Shown: one piece after another, positions 32,158 through 42,162 of the stretch
Position numbering within the stretch: the first letter of the stretch is position 1
Layout: every line of letters starts with the position of its first letter
Source: Holophagales bacterium
GTDB taxonomy: Bacteria > Acidobacteriota > Holophagae > Holophagales > Holophagaceae
Assembly (NCBI GenBank): GCA_038236735.1
Contig: JBBRZL010000001.1
Coordinates: 1-60,688, forward strand
Direction of reading: 5' to 3'
Length of the DNA: 60,688 bases
The notes under the pieces: model-generated
Database searches by the model: none
Told to the model about the DNA's origin: nothing
The model's input: the letters and a program-made list of their open reading frames with translations, nothing else
Translations under genes and position numbers: made by a program

Positions 32158-32861
32158 TTCCGAGCCTGGACCTGATGCAGGGCCGCCTGGTGCGGCTGCG
32201 CCACGGCGACCCAAAGCAGGCCACCTTCTACGATCTCGATCCCGAGGACTGGATCGGCAGCCTGGCCGAGGCCGGCGCGCGGCGCATCCACCTCGTCGAC
32301 CTGGACGGCGCCTTCGGCAAGCACCGCCAGGGCCGGTTCACGGCCATTCCCGTGCGCTTCCCCGAGATCCGTTTCCAGCTGGGTGGCGGGCTGCGGGATC
32401 GCGCCGCCATCGAGGGCGTGCTGGACCTGGGCTTTGACGCAGTGGTCGGCACCCTCGCCGTGGAACATCCAGCGTCCCTGCGGGGACTGTCAGGCGAGCA
32501 CATCGTGGCCGCCCTGGACCTGAAGGGCCAGCGCATCGTCACCCGCGGCTGGCAGGCCGCCAGCGAGTGCGCCGCCACTGAGGTCTTCGAGGCCCTGCTG
32601 TCGCTCGGTCTCAACCGGGCCCTGGTCACCGACGTGAGCCGCGACGGAACCCTGGAGGGCCCCGGCCTCGAAGCCGCGGCCTGGGTGGCGAAACAGGGCT
32701 TCCAGGTGCAGGCCTCGGGCGGCATGAGGGCCCTGGACGATCTCGCGCTGCTGTCCGAGATTCCGGGCGTGGTGGGTGCCATCTGCGGCAAGGCCCTGAT
32801 GGAAGGCTTCATCCTCCTGGACGATCCCGGCACCCGCAGAGCGCTGGCGGGCGGCGCCTGA
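32148..32861 (+). CDS. hisA: ProFAR isomerase
   Basis: IPSLDL, HLVDLDGA, QLGGGLR, TDVSRDGTLEG, ASGG. Confidence 0.93.
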   Translation: MQLIPSLDLMQGRLVRLRHGDPKQATFYDLDPEDWIGSLAEAGARRIHLVDLDGAFGKHRQGRFTAIPVRFPEIRFQLGGGLRDRAAIEGVLDLGFDAVVGTLAVEHPASLRGLSGEHIVAALDLKGQRIVTRGWQAASECAATEVFEALLSLGLNRALVTDVSRDGTLEGPGLEAAAWVAKQGFQVQASGGMRALDDLALLSEIPGVVGAICGKALMEGFILLDDPGTRRALAGGA

Positions 32862-33613
32862 TGCCCGCCAAGCGCATCATCCCCTGCCTGGACGTGAAAC
32901 AGGGCCGCGTCGTGAAGGGCGTGCAGTTCAAGGATCTCCGGGTTCTCGGCCACCCGGCCGAATTGGCGCGCCGCTACGATGCCGAGGGCGCGGACGAGCT
33001 GGTCTTCCTCGATATCGCGGCCTCGCTGGAGAACCGGGGCACCCGGGAATCCTGGGTTCGCGAGGTGGCGCACGAACTGAGCATCCCCTTCACCGTGGGC
33101 GGCGGCGTCACCCACGTGGACGATGCCCGGAGCCTGCTGCGCTCAGGCGCCGACAAGGTGGCCGTGAACACGGCCGCTTCCCTGCGACCAGCCCTGGTTT
33201 CCGAGCTGGCGGACGCCTTCGGCCGCCAGTGCGTGGTGGCGGCGGTGGATGTGAAGCGTGACCTGGAGCTGGGCTGGCGCGTGTTCCTGAAAGGCGGCAC
33301 CGAACCCACGGACCGCGCCGCCCTGGATTGGCTCTGGGAGCTGGACCACCTCGGCGCCGGGGAGATCCTGCTCACCTCCATGGACCGGGACGGCACAGGC
33401 GATGGCTTCGACCTGATGCTGCTGGACCTGGCCTCGCAGCTGCCCATTCCTCTCATTGCCTCCGGTGGCGCAGGCAGCGAGTTGCATTTCCTCGAGGCCT
33501 TCGAGCACGGCGCAGACGCGGCGCTGGCCGCCACGCTTTTCCATGAGGCCATCCTCCCCATTCCCCGGCTCAAGGCCTATCTGGCCGAGCACAACCTCTC
33601 CGTACGGAGCTGA
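32861..33613 (+). CDS. hisF: IGP synthase cyclase subunit
   Basis: KRIIPCLDV, GADELVFLDI, PFTVGGG, GAGEILLTSMDRDG, ASGG. Confidence 0.96.
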   Translation: MPAKRIIPCLDVKQGRVVKGVQFKDLRVLGHPAELARRYDAEGADELVFLDIAASLENRGTRESWVREVAHELSIPFTVGGGVTHVDDARSLLRSGADKVAVNTAASLRPALVSELADAFGRQCVVAAVDVKRDLELGWRVFLKGGTEPTDRAALDWLWELDHLGAGEILLTSMDRDGTGDGFDLMLLDLASQLPIPLIASGGAGSELHFLEAFEHGADAALAATLFHEAILPIPRLKAYLAEHNLSVRS

Positions 33614-33614
33614 C

Positions 33615-34262
33615 ATGGACCTCGACTTGCTCCGCTTCGGGCCTGACGGCCTCCTTCCCGGCATCGTGCAGAGCCCCTCGGGCGAGGTCCGCATGCTGGC
33701 CTGGCTCAACCGCGAGGCCCTCCAGCGCACCCTTGCGACGGGCTTCGTCACCTTCTGGAGCCGTTCCCGGCAAGCCTTGTGGGTGAAGGGCGAGAGCAGC
33801 GGGAATCGGCTGCGACTCCTCCAGATTCGTCCCGACTGTGATGCTGATGCCCTGCTCATTCTGGCGGATCCAGAGGGCCCCAGCTGCCACCGGGGCACCG
33901 ACAGCTGCTTCGATGCCACTGCCGAAGGAGACCGGAACATCGGCCCGTGGCCTGCCACCCTGCCTTGGCTGGGTCGGCTGGAGACCCTGCTCCGCACAAG
34001 GAAAGCCACGGCGGATTCCGCCGGCAGCTATACCCAAAAGCTCTTCGCCCAGGGCGTGGACCGCATCGCGAAGAAGGTCGTGGAGGAAGCAGGGGAAGTG
34101 ATCCTCGCCGCCAAGAATGACGACCGCGAGGCCTTCCTGGGCGAGGCCGCCGATCTGCTCTTTCACCTGGAGCTGCTGCTGCTGGAGAAGGATGCGAGTC
34201 TGCTCGACGTGGTAGCGGTGCTCCACCACCGCCACGCGGACCGAGCCGGAGGGACTTCCTGA
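33615..34262 (+). CDS. hisIE: Bifunctional PR-AMP cyclohydrolase / PR-ATP pyrophosphatase
   Basis: SRSR..LW.KGESSG, DCDAD, CHRG..SCF; SYTQKL, KKVVEEAGE, EAADLLFH. Confidence 0.95.
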   Translation: MDLDLLRFGPDGLLPGIVQSPSGEVRMLAWLNREALQRTLATGFVTFWSRSRQALWVKGESSGNRLRLLQIRPDCDADALLILADPEGPSCHRGTDSCFDATAEGDRNIGPWPATLPWLGRLETLLRTRKATADSAGSYTQKLFAQGVDRIAKKVVEEAGEVILAAKNDDREAFLGEAADLLFHLELLLLEKDASLLDVVAVLHHRHADRAGGTS

Positions 34263-35230
34263 TGCCCGTCCGCACGCCGCACTTTCCCGACCTGCTGTTC
34301 AGCTCCGCCGCCCGGCTCCGGCGCTGGGAGGACGCCCTCATGGGCCTGCTCGCCGCTCACGGCTATTGCGAACTGCATCCCTCCCTGGTGCTGCGGGAAC
34401 CCGCGCCCGACGGGGCCCTCCGCTTCTTCGATGGCGACGATCTGGTGGCGTTGCGCTGGGATTTCACGGTAGCCCTGGCCGGCCTGCTGGCCAAGGGCTT
34501 TCCCACCCCGCCACCCCGCCTCTCCTATGCCGGCGCCGTGTTCCGTCGTGCGGTCCAACCCTGGGAGGCGGTGGAGCGTTTCGAGGTGGGCTGCGAGCGC
34601 ATCCAGCCGGAGGGAGAACCTTCGGGCGAAGCCGACGTGGAACTGGCGCGCCTGCTCATGGCCATCCCCGGCATCCTCGGGCTGAAGAGCGCCATCCTGC
34701 ACCTGGGCAACGCGGCGCTGGTGCGTCGGCCCCTGGAAGCGGAAGGTTTGTCAGCGGAGCTTTCCAACGCGGTGGTGGCGGCTCTCTCCCGGCGTTCGCC
34801 CCACCGGGTGCGGGAGGTGCTGGACGGCCATGCCGCCGCGCTGCGGCTCTCGGCCCACGCCGAGGCGCTGCTCTCCGAGCTGGACGGCCCCGGTACCCTC
34901 GTCGCGCTGGAAGCCAGCCCCTACGCGGAACTGCTGCAAGCTGAGCGGGCCCAGATGGACCGTGCCCTCAAGGCCCTGCTGCCCCTGCTGCCGCCCAATC
35001 TGGAGCTGCGGGTGGACCTCGCCGACGTGGCCGGCCTCGACTTCTACACGGGACCGACCCTGCGCCTCTGGGCCCCGGGCGCCCAGCAGGAGCTGGCCGC
35101 GGGCGGCCGCTATGACCGCCTCTTCCCCGGCCTGGGCCGACCCTGGCAGGCGGCGGGGTTCTGCGTGCGCCTGTCGCGCCTCCTGGACCTGGCTGAAACC
35201 CGGCCCGACCTCTTCGAGGAGCCCCGATGA
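34262..35230 (+). CDS. hisZ: ATP phosphoribosyltransferase regulatory subunit
   Basis: HisRS-like ALR.DFT, Y.G.VFR, FYTG, GGRYD; adjacent to a short hisG. Confidence 0.88.
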   Translation: MPVRTPHFPDLLFSSAARLRRWEDALMGLLAAHGYCELHPSLVLREPAPDGALRFFDGDDLVALRWDFTVALAGLLAKGFPTPPPRLSYAGAVFRRAVQPWEAVERFEVGCERIQPEGEPSGEADVELARLLMAIPGILGLKSAILHLGNAALVRRPLEAEGLSAELSNAVVAALSRRSPHRVREVLDGHAAALRLSAHAEALLSELDGPGTLVALEASPYAELLQAERAQMDRALKALLPLLPPNLELRVDLADVAGLDFYTGPTLRLWAPGAQQELAAGGRYDRLFPGLGRPWQAAGFCVRLSRLLDLAETRPDLFEEPR

Positions 35231-35868
35231 GCCACAGTTCCCTGCTCATCGCCTTCCCCAAGGGCAGGCTCGGTGACGAACTGGTGCCGAAGCTGGTGGG
35301 CACACCACTCGCGCTGGACGCCGAGGCCCTGAAGTCGCGCGTGCTGCGCATTCCCACGGCCCTGCCCGGAGTCTCGGCCCTGCTGCTCAAGGGCGCCGAC
35401 CTGCCGCGCTATGTGGCAGCCGGGGTGGCTGCCCTGGGCATTGTGGGTTCGGACACCCTGGACGAGATGGACATGGACCTGCTTGAACTGGCGGATCTGG
35501 GCTTCGGTGCCTGCCGGCTCTCACTCTGCGCCCAGGTCGGCGTCACGCTGGACGCGCTGCGCGCCAGGCCCCACCTGCGCCTGGCCACCAAGTTCCCCAA
35601 GGCCACCGAAGCCTGGCTCACCCGGGAGGGCCTCACCGCCGAACTGGTGCCCCTCAGCAGCAGCGCCGAACTGGCCCCGTTGCTGGGCCTGGCGGATGCC
35701 ATCGTGGATCTGGTGCAGACCGGCGGCACCCTGCGGGCCCATGGCCTGGTGGAGACCCTGGTGCTGGGTCGATCCTCCGCCCGCCTGGTGGCCGCCCGCG
35801 GCGCCTACCTCAGCGAACCCGGTCGCATCCGGCCCCTGGCGGACCTGCTCATTGCGGCACTGCGGTAG
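35227..35868 (+). CDS. hisG: ATP phosphoribosyltransferase, short form
   Basis: PKGRL, DL.FG.CRL, ATKFP, ELAP..GLADAIVDLVQTGGTLRAHGL; 213 aa. Confidence 0.95.
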   Translation: MSHSSLLIAFPKGRLGDELVPKLVGTPLALDAEALKSRVLRIPTALPGVSALLLKGADLPRYVAAGVAALGIVGSDTLDEMDMDLLELADLGFGACRLSLCAQVGVTLDALRARPHLRLATKFPKATEAWLTREGLTAELVPLSSSAELAPLLGLADAIVDLVQTGGTLRAHGLVETLVLGRSSARLVAARGAYLSEPGRIRPLADLLIAALR

Positions 35869-35965
35869 CCAGACGATCTGTGCAGTCAGGTCCTTCGAGA
35901 TTGTCATGGCTGTGTCTCATGGGTGGATAGCCGAGCGGTTGTGGCAAGATCTGCCAGGAGTTCCC

Positions 35966-36625
35966 ATGACCAGCCACCGCCACTCCATGCTTCCCCTGCT
36001 ACTGGTCCCCAGCGCGCTTCACGGCCAGGTGCCTGCCCGCCCGCCCCAGCCAGTCCGCCCACCTCTCATGGCCCCAAGCCCTCGCCCGGGCGCCCCGGTC
36101 ATGAGCCCATCCGATCAGGCGCGGCTCGCGGACCTAATGGCCCAGCACCACCGGGTGAAGGCTCGGCTGAGCCCGGAGGAGCAGGCCGACCTGGATCGCC
36201 TGACCGCCACGGTGAAGCGCCAGCTCTTCGCCCGGCCCCTGCCGCTCAACCTGCTGTTGGCGGTCACGAATAGGGTGTCTGGTGACATAGCCGGTCTCGC
36301 GCCGCAAGAGGCTGCCAGCCTCGGGGAGTATGTCCTCGGCGGCATCGCCGCCGGCGGTGCGCTGGGGCAAGGAACTTCCACTGTTGGCGGAATGGCCGTG
36401 GGCACTGGTTCGGCGGCCATCGGCGCCGCCGCAGGTCACGGTTCGTCCCAGCAGTCCCTGCTGAACGCCACCAAGCAGATGCAGGAGATGCAGATGAGCT
36501 TCAACCTGCAGTACCTTCAGCTCCAGTCGCAGATGCAGAACGAGAACCGTTCCTATACCGCCGTCAGCAACATCATGAAGACCAAGCACGACACGGTGAA
36601 GAACAGCATCAGCAACATCCGCTGA
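35966..36625 (+). CDS. Hypothetical exported protein with C-terminal T3SS needle (SctF)-like helix
   Basis: AGGAG SD; signal-like MLPLLLVPSALHG-Q; C-terminus LQSQMQNENRSYTAVSNIMKTKHDTVKNSISNIR. Confidence 0.75.
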   Translation: MTSHRHSMLPLLLVPSALHGQVPARPPQPVRPPLMAPSPRPGAPVMSPSDQARLADLMAQHHRVKARLSPEEQADLDRLTATVKRQLFARPLPLNLLLAVTNRVSGDIAGLAPQEAASLGEYVLGGIAAGGALGQGTSTVGGMAVGTGSAAIGAAAGHGSSQQSLLNATKQMQEMQMSFNLQYLQLQSQMQNENRSYTAVSNIMKTKHDTVKNSISNIR

Positions 36626-36767
36626 GCCTCGAGTGGCTGCGGATGGGAAACGAACGCCCATTTGGGTTCGGTCTCTCGATGGGGCAATGAAATCCGGGGT
36701 GGAGTTCCTCAGCCCTTGTCGGCGTCCTGGGGTGTTCGGCCTTCCCACCCTTCCAACTTCTGGTGGC

Positions 36768-37649
36768 TCAGCTTCCCCACCACAGCAACCGCCGCAGAAA
36801 CGGCACGCCCAGGTTGGCGTGGAGCGAATAGGACACCAGCAGGCCCAGCACGAAGCCCAGGCTGGCGCGGGTCAGGGACAGGGGCCGGGCCAGCCGGGGC
36901 CACAGTGCGCCCCAGCAAAGCCCCACCGCGGTGCCCCAGGCGAGGGCCCAGGCCGAGGGATACAGGACGAAGGCCAGGGCGAGCAGGAGCAGGGGCACGG
37001 CATTGGGCAGGCGCTCCAGCCGCTTCTGAATCCAGGGGAGACCAGCGACACCCACCGCCAGGGCGAAGAGGGCCAGGACCGGCGCCCAGGTGCTCTCCAG
37101 GTTGAAATCGAACCAGGACTTGGAGACCACCAGACCCAGCAGCGTCAGCGCCCAGAACGGGCCGAGGCGACGGGTAGAGGGCACCAGCGGTTGGCCTTCG
37201 GGCCAACGGTTGAATCCGCCCAGGCAGGCCGCCAGGCCCGCGCCGAGGAAGGTGAGGACAGGATGCCAGCTGGCCGCGAAGAGCCAGGCCGCGATCCAGA
37301 GCCAGAGGCCCAAGCCAGCGCCCTCCCGGGGGACCGAGCGGACCACCAGCAGCAGGCCCAGGCCCAGCAGCGCACAGAGCGCAGCCAGCCCCAGGTGGCG
37401 GGTGTCCCAGAAGCCCAGGTTCAGGCTCCGGGCCAGGGCCAGGGCGCTCAGCAGGGCCAGCACTCCGGCCACGCGCAGGGCGGTTTTTCCCGACAGCCAG
37501 GGCAGGAGTCGACAGAGCCGGTCCATCACGGGCAGCGCCAGGATCGGCAGGGCCATGAGCAGGGTGGCCGGACGGTTCAGGTCCAGGCGATACAGGGTGA
37601 GCATCTGGAACAGGCAGCCGAGGTAGAGGAAGAGCCAGATCGCGTTCAT
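36768..37649 (-). CDS. Multi-pass membrane protein of unknown function
   Basis: Leu/Ala/Trp-rich with many hydrophobic segments; ATGA-coupled to the upstream gene. Confidence 0.75.
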   Translation of the reverse strand: MNAIWLFLYLGCLFQMLTLYRLDLNRPATLLMALPILALPVMDRLCRLLPWLSGKTALRVAGVLALLSALALARSLNLGFWDTRHLGLAALCALLGLGLLLVVRSVPREGAGLGLWLWIAAWLFAASWHPVLTFLGAGLAACLGGFNRWPEGQPLVPSTRRLGPFWALTLLGLVVSKSWFDFNLESTWAPVLALFALAVGVAGLPWIQKRLERLPNAVPLLLLALAFVLYPSAWALAWGTAVGLCWGALWPRLARPLSLTRASLGFVLGLLVSYSLHANLGVPFLRRLLWWGS

Positions 37650-38812
37650 CGGCGGGTCTCCCGGAGCCAGGTGCCGGAAGGCGTGCTGGCGATGGGCGTG
37701 GGGCTGGGCTGCCCGGGCAGGTCCTGGGTGTAGCGGAGGAGCCGGCCTTTCTCGAAGGTGAGGATGCGGTAGCCGTTGTTCTTGAAGGGCCAGCGCGTCA
37801 CGCGACGGGGCGCATCACCCAGGGCCGTGGTCACCACGAACTTGGTACCCGGGAAATCGGGTGTGTCGTCCCGGAAGCGACCTTCCGAGTCGAACACGGC
37901 GTCCTGGTGCCAGTGCCCCGTGAGCACGATGGGCACCTGGCGCTCCAGGCAGAGCCTGACGAAGGCATCCCGATAGCCAAACAGCGGCCCGCCGCTCTTC
38001 TCGCCATCGCCGTGGAGTGCGGCTCCGGGCGGGAAGGTCGGGTGATGCATCTGGACCAGGGGCACGCGGCCTTCCAGGGTGTCCAGCTGCTCCCGAAACC
38101 AGTGGATCTGACTGGGTGTGAGGCGATCGCGGCCGTGGGCCGAGTCGAGGCTAAGCACGGCGAAAGGTCCCAGGTTCACCCGATGGGTCGTGCGCGGACC
38201 AAAGTAGGTGAGGAAGCGGGCCCAGCCACCCCGCTCGTGGTTGCCCGGGCAGGCGATCACCGGAATTCCCAGGGCCTCCAGGCGCCGGAACTGGCCCAGC
38301 AGAAAGCGGTACCAGGCCTCGTTGGAGTCGTAGGCCATGTCGCCGGAAGCCAGGAAAGCCTGGGGTCGCAGAACGGCCATCTCATCGACAAAGTGTTCGA
38401 GGACCACTTCCTTGCCAGTATTCGGGAAGCAGGCCGCATGCACCAGCATCAGGTTGTCGGGCAGGATGCCCTGCCCCCAGTGTTCGAGCCCGTCCACGGG
38501 TCGCCTCAAGGCACCCTGCACCGGCGTGGGATCGGCCAGAGTGATGAAGTAGCGGTTCCCCTGGCTGCGGTGCCCGAGGATGCGCCGTTGCCCGGTTTCA
38601 AGCCTGAACCCCCACTGCCGCTCCACCGCATTAGCGGCCATGCGCCAGGGTACGAAGGGCAGGCTGGTGGCGAATTCCACCTCGAAAGATTGTCCGGCGG
38701 GCACGATGGCCGGGGCGCCCAGGCGGGGCGCGTCCAGGCGCGTGCGCAGGGGCAGCCCCACGACCAGCAGGGCCGCGGCGGCGCAGGCGTAGGGCAGGAT
38801 CCAGTGCCTCAT
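37646..38812 (-). CDS. Membrane-anchored/exported calcineurin-like metallophosphoesterase
   Basis: GDMAY, GNHE, MHHP and GHWH motifs; N-terminal hydrophobic segment. Confidence 0.82.
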   Translation of the reverse strand: MRHWILPYACAAAALLVVGLPLRTRLDAPRLGAPAIVPAGQSFEVEFATSLPFVPWRMAANAVERQWGFRLETGQRRILGHRSQGNRYFITLADPTPVQGALRRPVDGLEHWGQGILPDNLMLVHAACFPNTGKEVVLEHFVDEMAVLRPQAFLASGDMAYDSNEAWYRFLLGQFRRLEALGIPVIACPGNHERGGWARFLTYFGPRTTHRVNLGPFAVLSLDSAHGRDRLTPSQIHWFREQLDTLEGRVPLVQMHHPTFPPGAALHGDGEKSGGPLFGYRDAFVRLCLERQVPIVLTGHWHQDAVFDSEGRFRDDTPDFPGTKFVVTTALGDAPRRVTRWPFKNNGYRILTFEKGRLLRYTQDLPGQPSPTPIASTPSGTWLRETRR

Positions 38813-40968
38813 GGTTGCCGCCCGATGGGTTTGTTATGGGAGAGCAGGAATTTCGACCACTGATGAAAGCCCTGGCCCAGGCGGGTCATGGCGCGGGCCC
38901 GCTCGGGCTCTTCAGCGCTGTGGTCCCGGGGCGTGGATTCGTCGATGCGATACAGCGCCGACCGGCCACCAGGTTCGATGTTCACGTACCAGTCGCCCTG
39001 GATCAGGCCCACCCGCGCGGGCCGGCGGAAGGTGGTGAAGGTGAAGGCGGCGGCCTTGTCCGCCCAGGCCGGATCCAGCAGATCCTTGCCCAGGGTCTGG
39101 TGGTCGAGGGGATGGCCCAGCAGCGAAGCCAGCGTGGGTAGCAGGTCCATCTGGGTGCCAAGAGTGGAAATGCGTTCAGGCTTCAGGAGTTTCGGCGCGT
39201 AGATGACGCACGGGATGTGGTGCACGCCCAGGGCGAGATCGCCGAAGCGCTTGTCCACGAGGCCACGGGGGATGCCGTGATCGGCCCACAGCACATAGAC
39301 GGTGTTGGCAAAGCCGGGACTCTGCTCCGCCCGCTCGAAGAACTTGCGCAGGCTGTAATCCATCAACCGGACAGCGTTGTACTCCTCGTTGTCCACGAAC
39401 CCCGCCCGTTCCAACTCGGCCTGGGCTTTGAAGTCCCGGTGGAAATCCTTCAGATGCTCGGGAATGGTGAAGGGCGGGTGGTTGCCGCTGGTCTGGATGT
39501 AGGCCCAGTAGGGGGCCTGTTCCTTTTCCATAACGGCCTGGGCTTCCAGCAGCAGGTCGGCATCGCAGACGCCCCACACGTCGACCCTGGGCCCCTTGAA
39601 GAAGCCCTCTTCGTAGAGCTTCAGGTCCTTGAAATTGTTCTTCAGGATGCCCCGCATCTGAGCCCAGTTGGCGCTGCCGCCCAGGAAGTAGGCTTTGCGA
39701 TAGTCATCGAAGACGCTCAGCGCCGAGTGCTGATCCAGCAGCAGGGGGTTGCGAGTGGCGTTCTGGACCGAGCTCACGTCGGGGATGCCGAACAGTGTGG
39801 CGAACATGGAGCGGCTGGTGTTCTCCATGGCTACGTGGAAGCGGTCGAAGAAGATGCCCTTGGCCGCCAGTTCATCCAGATAGGGCGTGGGCTTCAGGGG
39901 ATTGCCCAGCACGCCGGTCTTGAAGCCCGCGAGGCTCTCCAGCTGGATGAGGACAATGTTCGGGTGGCCCTGGATCCGGGGGCGGGGTTCCTGATGGCGG
40001 CGCAGGGTGGGCAGTCCCTGGTCGTCGAACCGGACGGGAATGCCGAAGTAGTCGGCCATGGCTGGCTGGGTGGCTTTCACCTGGTCCAGGTCGAAGCCCC
40101 CGTCCATGTCCTGGCGGGTTTCCAGGAAGAAGAGGATGGGGTTCAGGGCCAGGTGCGCATGGAAGCCCTGCTTCGCCTCGAAGGCCTCGGACCAGCGCAG
40201 GGGATAGGCACTCCACTTGGCCCACATGAGTGCCAGCAGGCCGAGCGTGAAAGCGACATTGACTGTCCTTCTCGCCCAGGGTGCAAGCCGAAGCCCGGCC
40301 AGCCCCCGCGTGAGGCGCCGTAGGCCCCAGAGGGCTGCGGAGGTGAGCAGCAGGAGGGCCAGGGCCAGGCGGCCAAAGGGATAGCTCTCCCACATCATCC
40401 GGAAGCTGGTGGCGGCATTGTCCAGAAACATCAGGAGGGTGCCATTCAGGCGGGTGTGGATGTAGCCGTAGCTGCCTGCGTCCACCAGGTAGCCGAAGAT
40501 CAGCAGGGCGATGAGGCAGGTCGCGAAGGCGGCCCAGAGCCAGCGTCCGCTGCGGGACGAGAGGCCGTGCCCGGGGGTGCCGTACCGGTAGCCCGCCGCG
40601 AGCAACAGGAAACCCACCAGGATGGGCCGGGCGGCCCGATCGTCCACCATGGCCACCAGCACCATGGCCACGTAGGTCGCAAGGGCCGCAGCCAGAAGCC
40701 AGGGGGCGAGCCGCCGGCGCCAGGTTGCGACTCCCGGTTGAGGGTTACCCGCCCCCAGCAGCAGCCAAGCTGGCAGCACCAGGATGGCCGCCAACCGCAG
40801 GTCGAATTTCAGGCCCAGGTAGAGCGAGCGCCAGGTATCCGGGTCCTGGAGGCCATGCAGGCCTTCGAAGCCCGCGAGAAAGCCCACCCGCGCCAGGGAG
40901 AACACCACTCCCAGCGCCGCGAGCAGCAGCAGCATGCTGAGGATCTTGGGTCGGTTTGAGGCACTCAT
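38809..40968 (-). CDS. LTA synthase / MdoB-like alkaline phosphatase superfamily membrane protein
   Basis: N-terminal TM bundle; IQLESL, NTSRS (Thr nucleophile), NHPPF, ADHG, TQMDLLPT. Confidence 0.88.
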   Translation of the reverse strand: MSASNRPKILSMLLLLAALGVVFSLARVGFLAGFEGLHGLQDPDTWRSLYLGLKFDLRLAAILVLPAWLLLGAGNPQPGVATWRRRLAPWLLAAALATYVAMVLVAMVDDRAARPILVGFLLLAAGYRYGTPGHGLSSRSGRWLWAAFATCLIALLIFGYLVDAGSYGYIHTRLNGTLLMFLDNAATSFRMMWESYPFGRLALALLLLTSAALWGLRRLTRGLAGLRLAPWARRTVNVAFTLGLLALMWAKWSAYPLRWSEAFEAKQGFHAHLALNPILFFLETRQDMDGGFDLDQVKATQPAMADYFGIPVRFDDQGLPTLRRHQEPRPRIQGHPNIVLIQLESLAGFKTGVLGNPLKPTPYLDELAAKGIFFDRFHVAMENTSRSMFATLFGIPDVSSVQNATRNPLLLDQHSALSVFDDYRKAYFLGGSANWAQMRGILKNNFKDLKLYEEGFFKGPRVDVWGVCDADLLLEAQAVMEKEQAPYWAYIQTSGNHPPFTIPEHLKDFHRDFKAQAELERAGFVDNEEYNAVRLMDYSLRKFFERAEQSPGFANTVYVLWADHGIPRGLVDKRFGDLALGVHHIPCVIYAPKLLKPERISTLGTQMDLLPTLASLLGHPLDHQTLGKDLLDPAWADKAAAFTFTTFRRPARVGLIQGDWYVNIEPGGRSALYRIDESTPRDHSAEEPERARAMTRLGQGFHQWSKFLLSHNKPIGRQP

Positions 40969-41049
40969 AGCTCATCCACGCAGCCTCAAAGGGCTTCTGG
41001 CTCCAGTTCGGATTTCGGGTTCAGGGCTCAATGCCATTATTGCTGGGGT

Positions 41050-42162
41050 TCAGACCGGAACCTCACCGTAAATGTTGTCCCGCTGCCAGGGTTCGAAGCC
41101 GGCAGCGCGGATCAGGCGGGTCATTTCGTCCTCGTTGACGCTGTAGCAGGTGCCTGCGGCGCTGACGACGTTCTCCTCAAGCATGAGGCTGCCCATGTCA
41201 TCGCAGCCGTAGTGCAAGGCCAGTTGGCCGGTCTTGCGGCCCATGGTGACCCAACTGCTCTGGATGTGCGCGAAGTTGTCCAGGAAGATGCGCGCCACGG
41301 CGATGGTGCGGAGGTACTCCACGTCCGTGGGCTTGGGCACCTTGCCTTCCCAGGGCGTGTGGCCGCTCTGGAAGGGCCAGGCGGCGAAGGCCGTGTAACC
41401 GCCACCCCCCCCGTTGGCCTTGTTGCGGGCCAGGGCCCGGTCCTGCTGGTCACGCAGCACCTGGAGGTGGTCGATGCGCTCGGCGAGGGTCTCGGTGATG
41501 CCGAACATCATGGTGCCCGTGGTCTTCAGGCCTTCCTCGTGGGCAGCCTCCATGACCTCGAGCCACTTCTCCCGGCCACCCTTCAGCGGCGCAATCTTCT
41601 TGCGGATGCGATCCACCAGGATCTCGGCGCCGCCGCCGGGAATGGAGCCGAGGCCCGCGGCGCGTAGCTCCGCAATGGTCCCGCGCAGGCCCAGCCCACT
41701 CAGTTTCGCCATCATCTGAATCTCCACCGGGGAGAAGCCGTGGACCCAGATGCCCAGATCGTGATGAAGGTAGCGCACCAGATCCAGATAGTAGTCCCAG
41801 GGCAGATCGGGGTTCACGCCGCCCTGGAGCAGGAAGCCCGTGCCACCGAGGGCCTTGGTCTCCTCCGCCTTCTGCTTCAGCTGCTCCCGGGTGAGCACGT
41901 AGCCGCGGCTGTCGCCGGGCTTGTGGTAGAAGGCGCAGAAGGTGCAATAGACGTTGCAGACGTCCGTGTAGTTCACGTTCCGGTCGATGACGAAACTGAC
42001 TCGCCTGGGATCGTTGTGGCGATCCCGGACGGCCGTGGCCGCCACGGCGAGATCAGTCAGTTCCGCCTGTTCCAGAAGCATCAGGGCCTCGGCCGCGGCG
42101 ATGCGGCGGCCCTGCTGGACTTCGCCCAGGATCGCCTCCGGCGTGGCGAGTGGGGAAGGCAT
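41050..42162 (-). CDS. mqnC: Cyclic dehypoxanthinyl futalosine synthase (radical SAM)
   Basis: DRNVNYTDVCNVYCTFCAF, LLQGG, PGGGAEIL, IQSSW, GSLMLEENVVSAAG. Confidence 0.9.
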   Translation of the reverse strand: MPSPLATPEAILGEVQQGRRIAAAEALMLLEQAELTDLAVAATAVRDRHNDPRRVSFVIDRNVNYTDVCNVYCTFCAFYHKPGDSRGYVLTREQLKQKAEETKALGGTGFLLQGGVNPDLPWDYYLDLVRYLHHDLGIWVHGFSPVEIQMMAKLSGLGLRGTIAELRAAGLGSIPGGGAEILVDRIRKKIAPLKGGREKWLEVMEAAHEEGLKTTGTMMFGITETLAERIDHLQVLRDQQDRALARNKANGGGGGYTAFAAWPFQSGHTPWEGKVPKPTDVEYLRTIAVARIFLDNFAHIQSSWVTMGRKTGQLALHYGCDDMGSLMLEENVVSAAGTCYSVNEDEMTRLIRAAGFEPWQRDNIYGEVPV

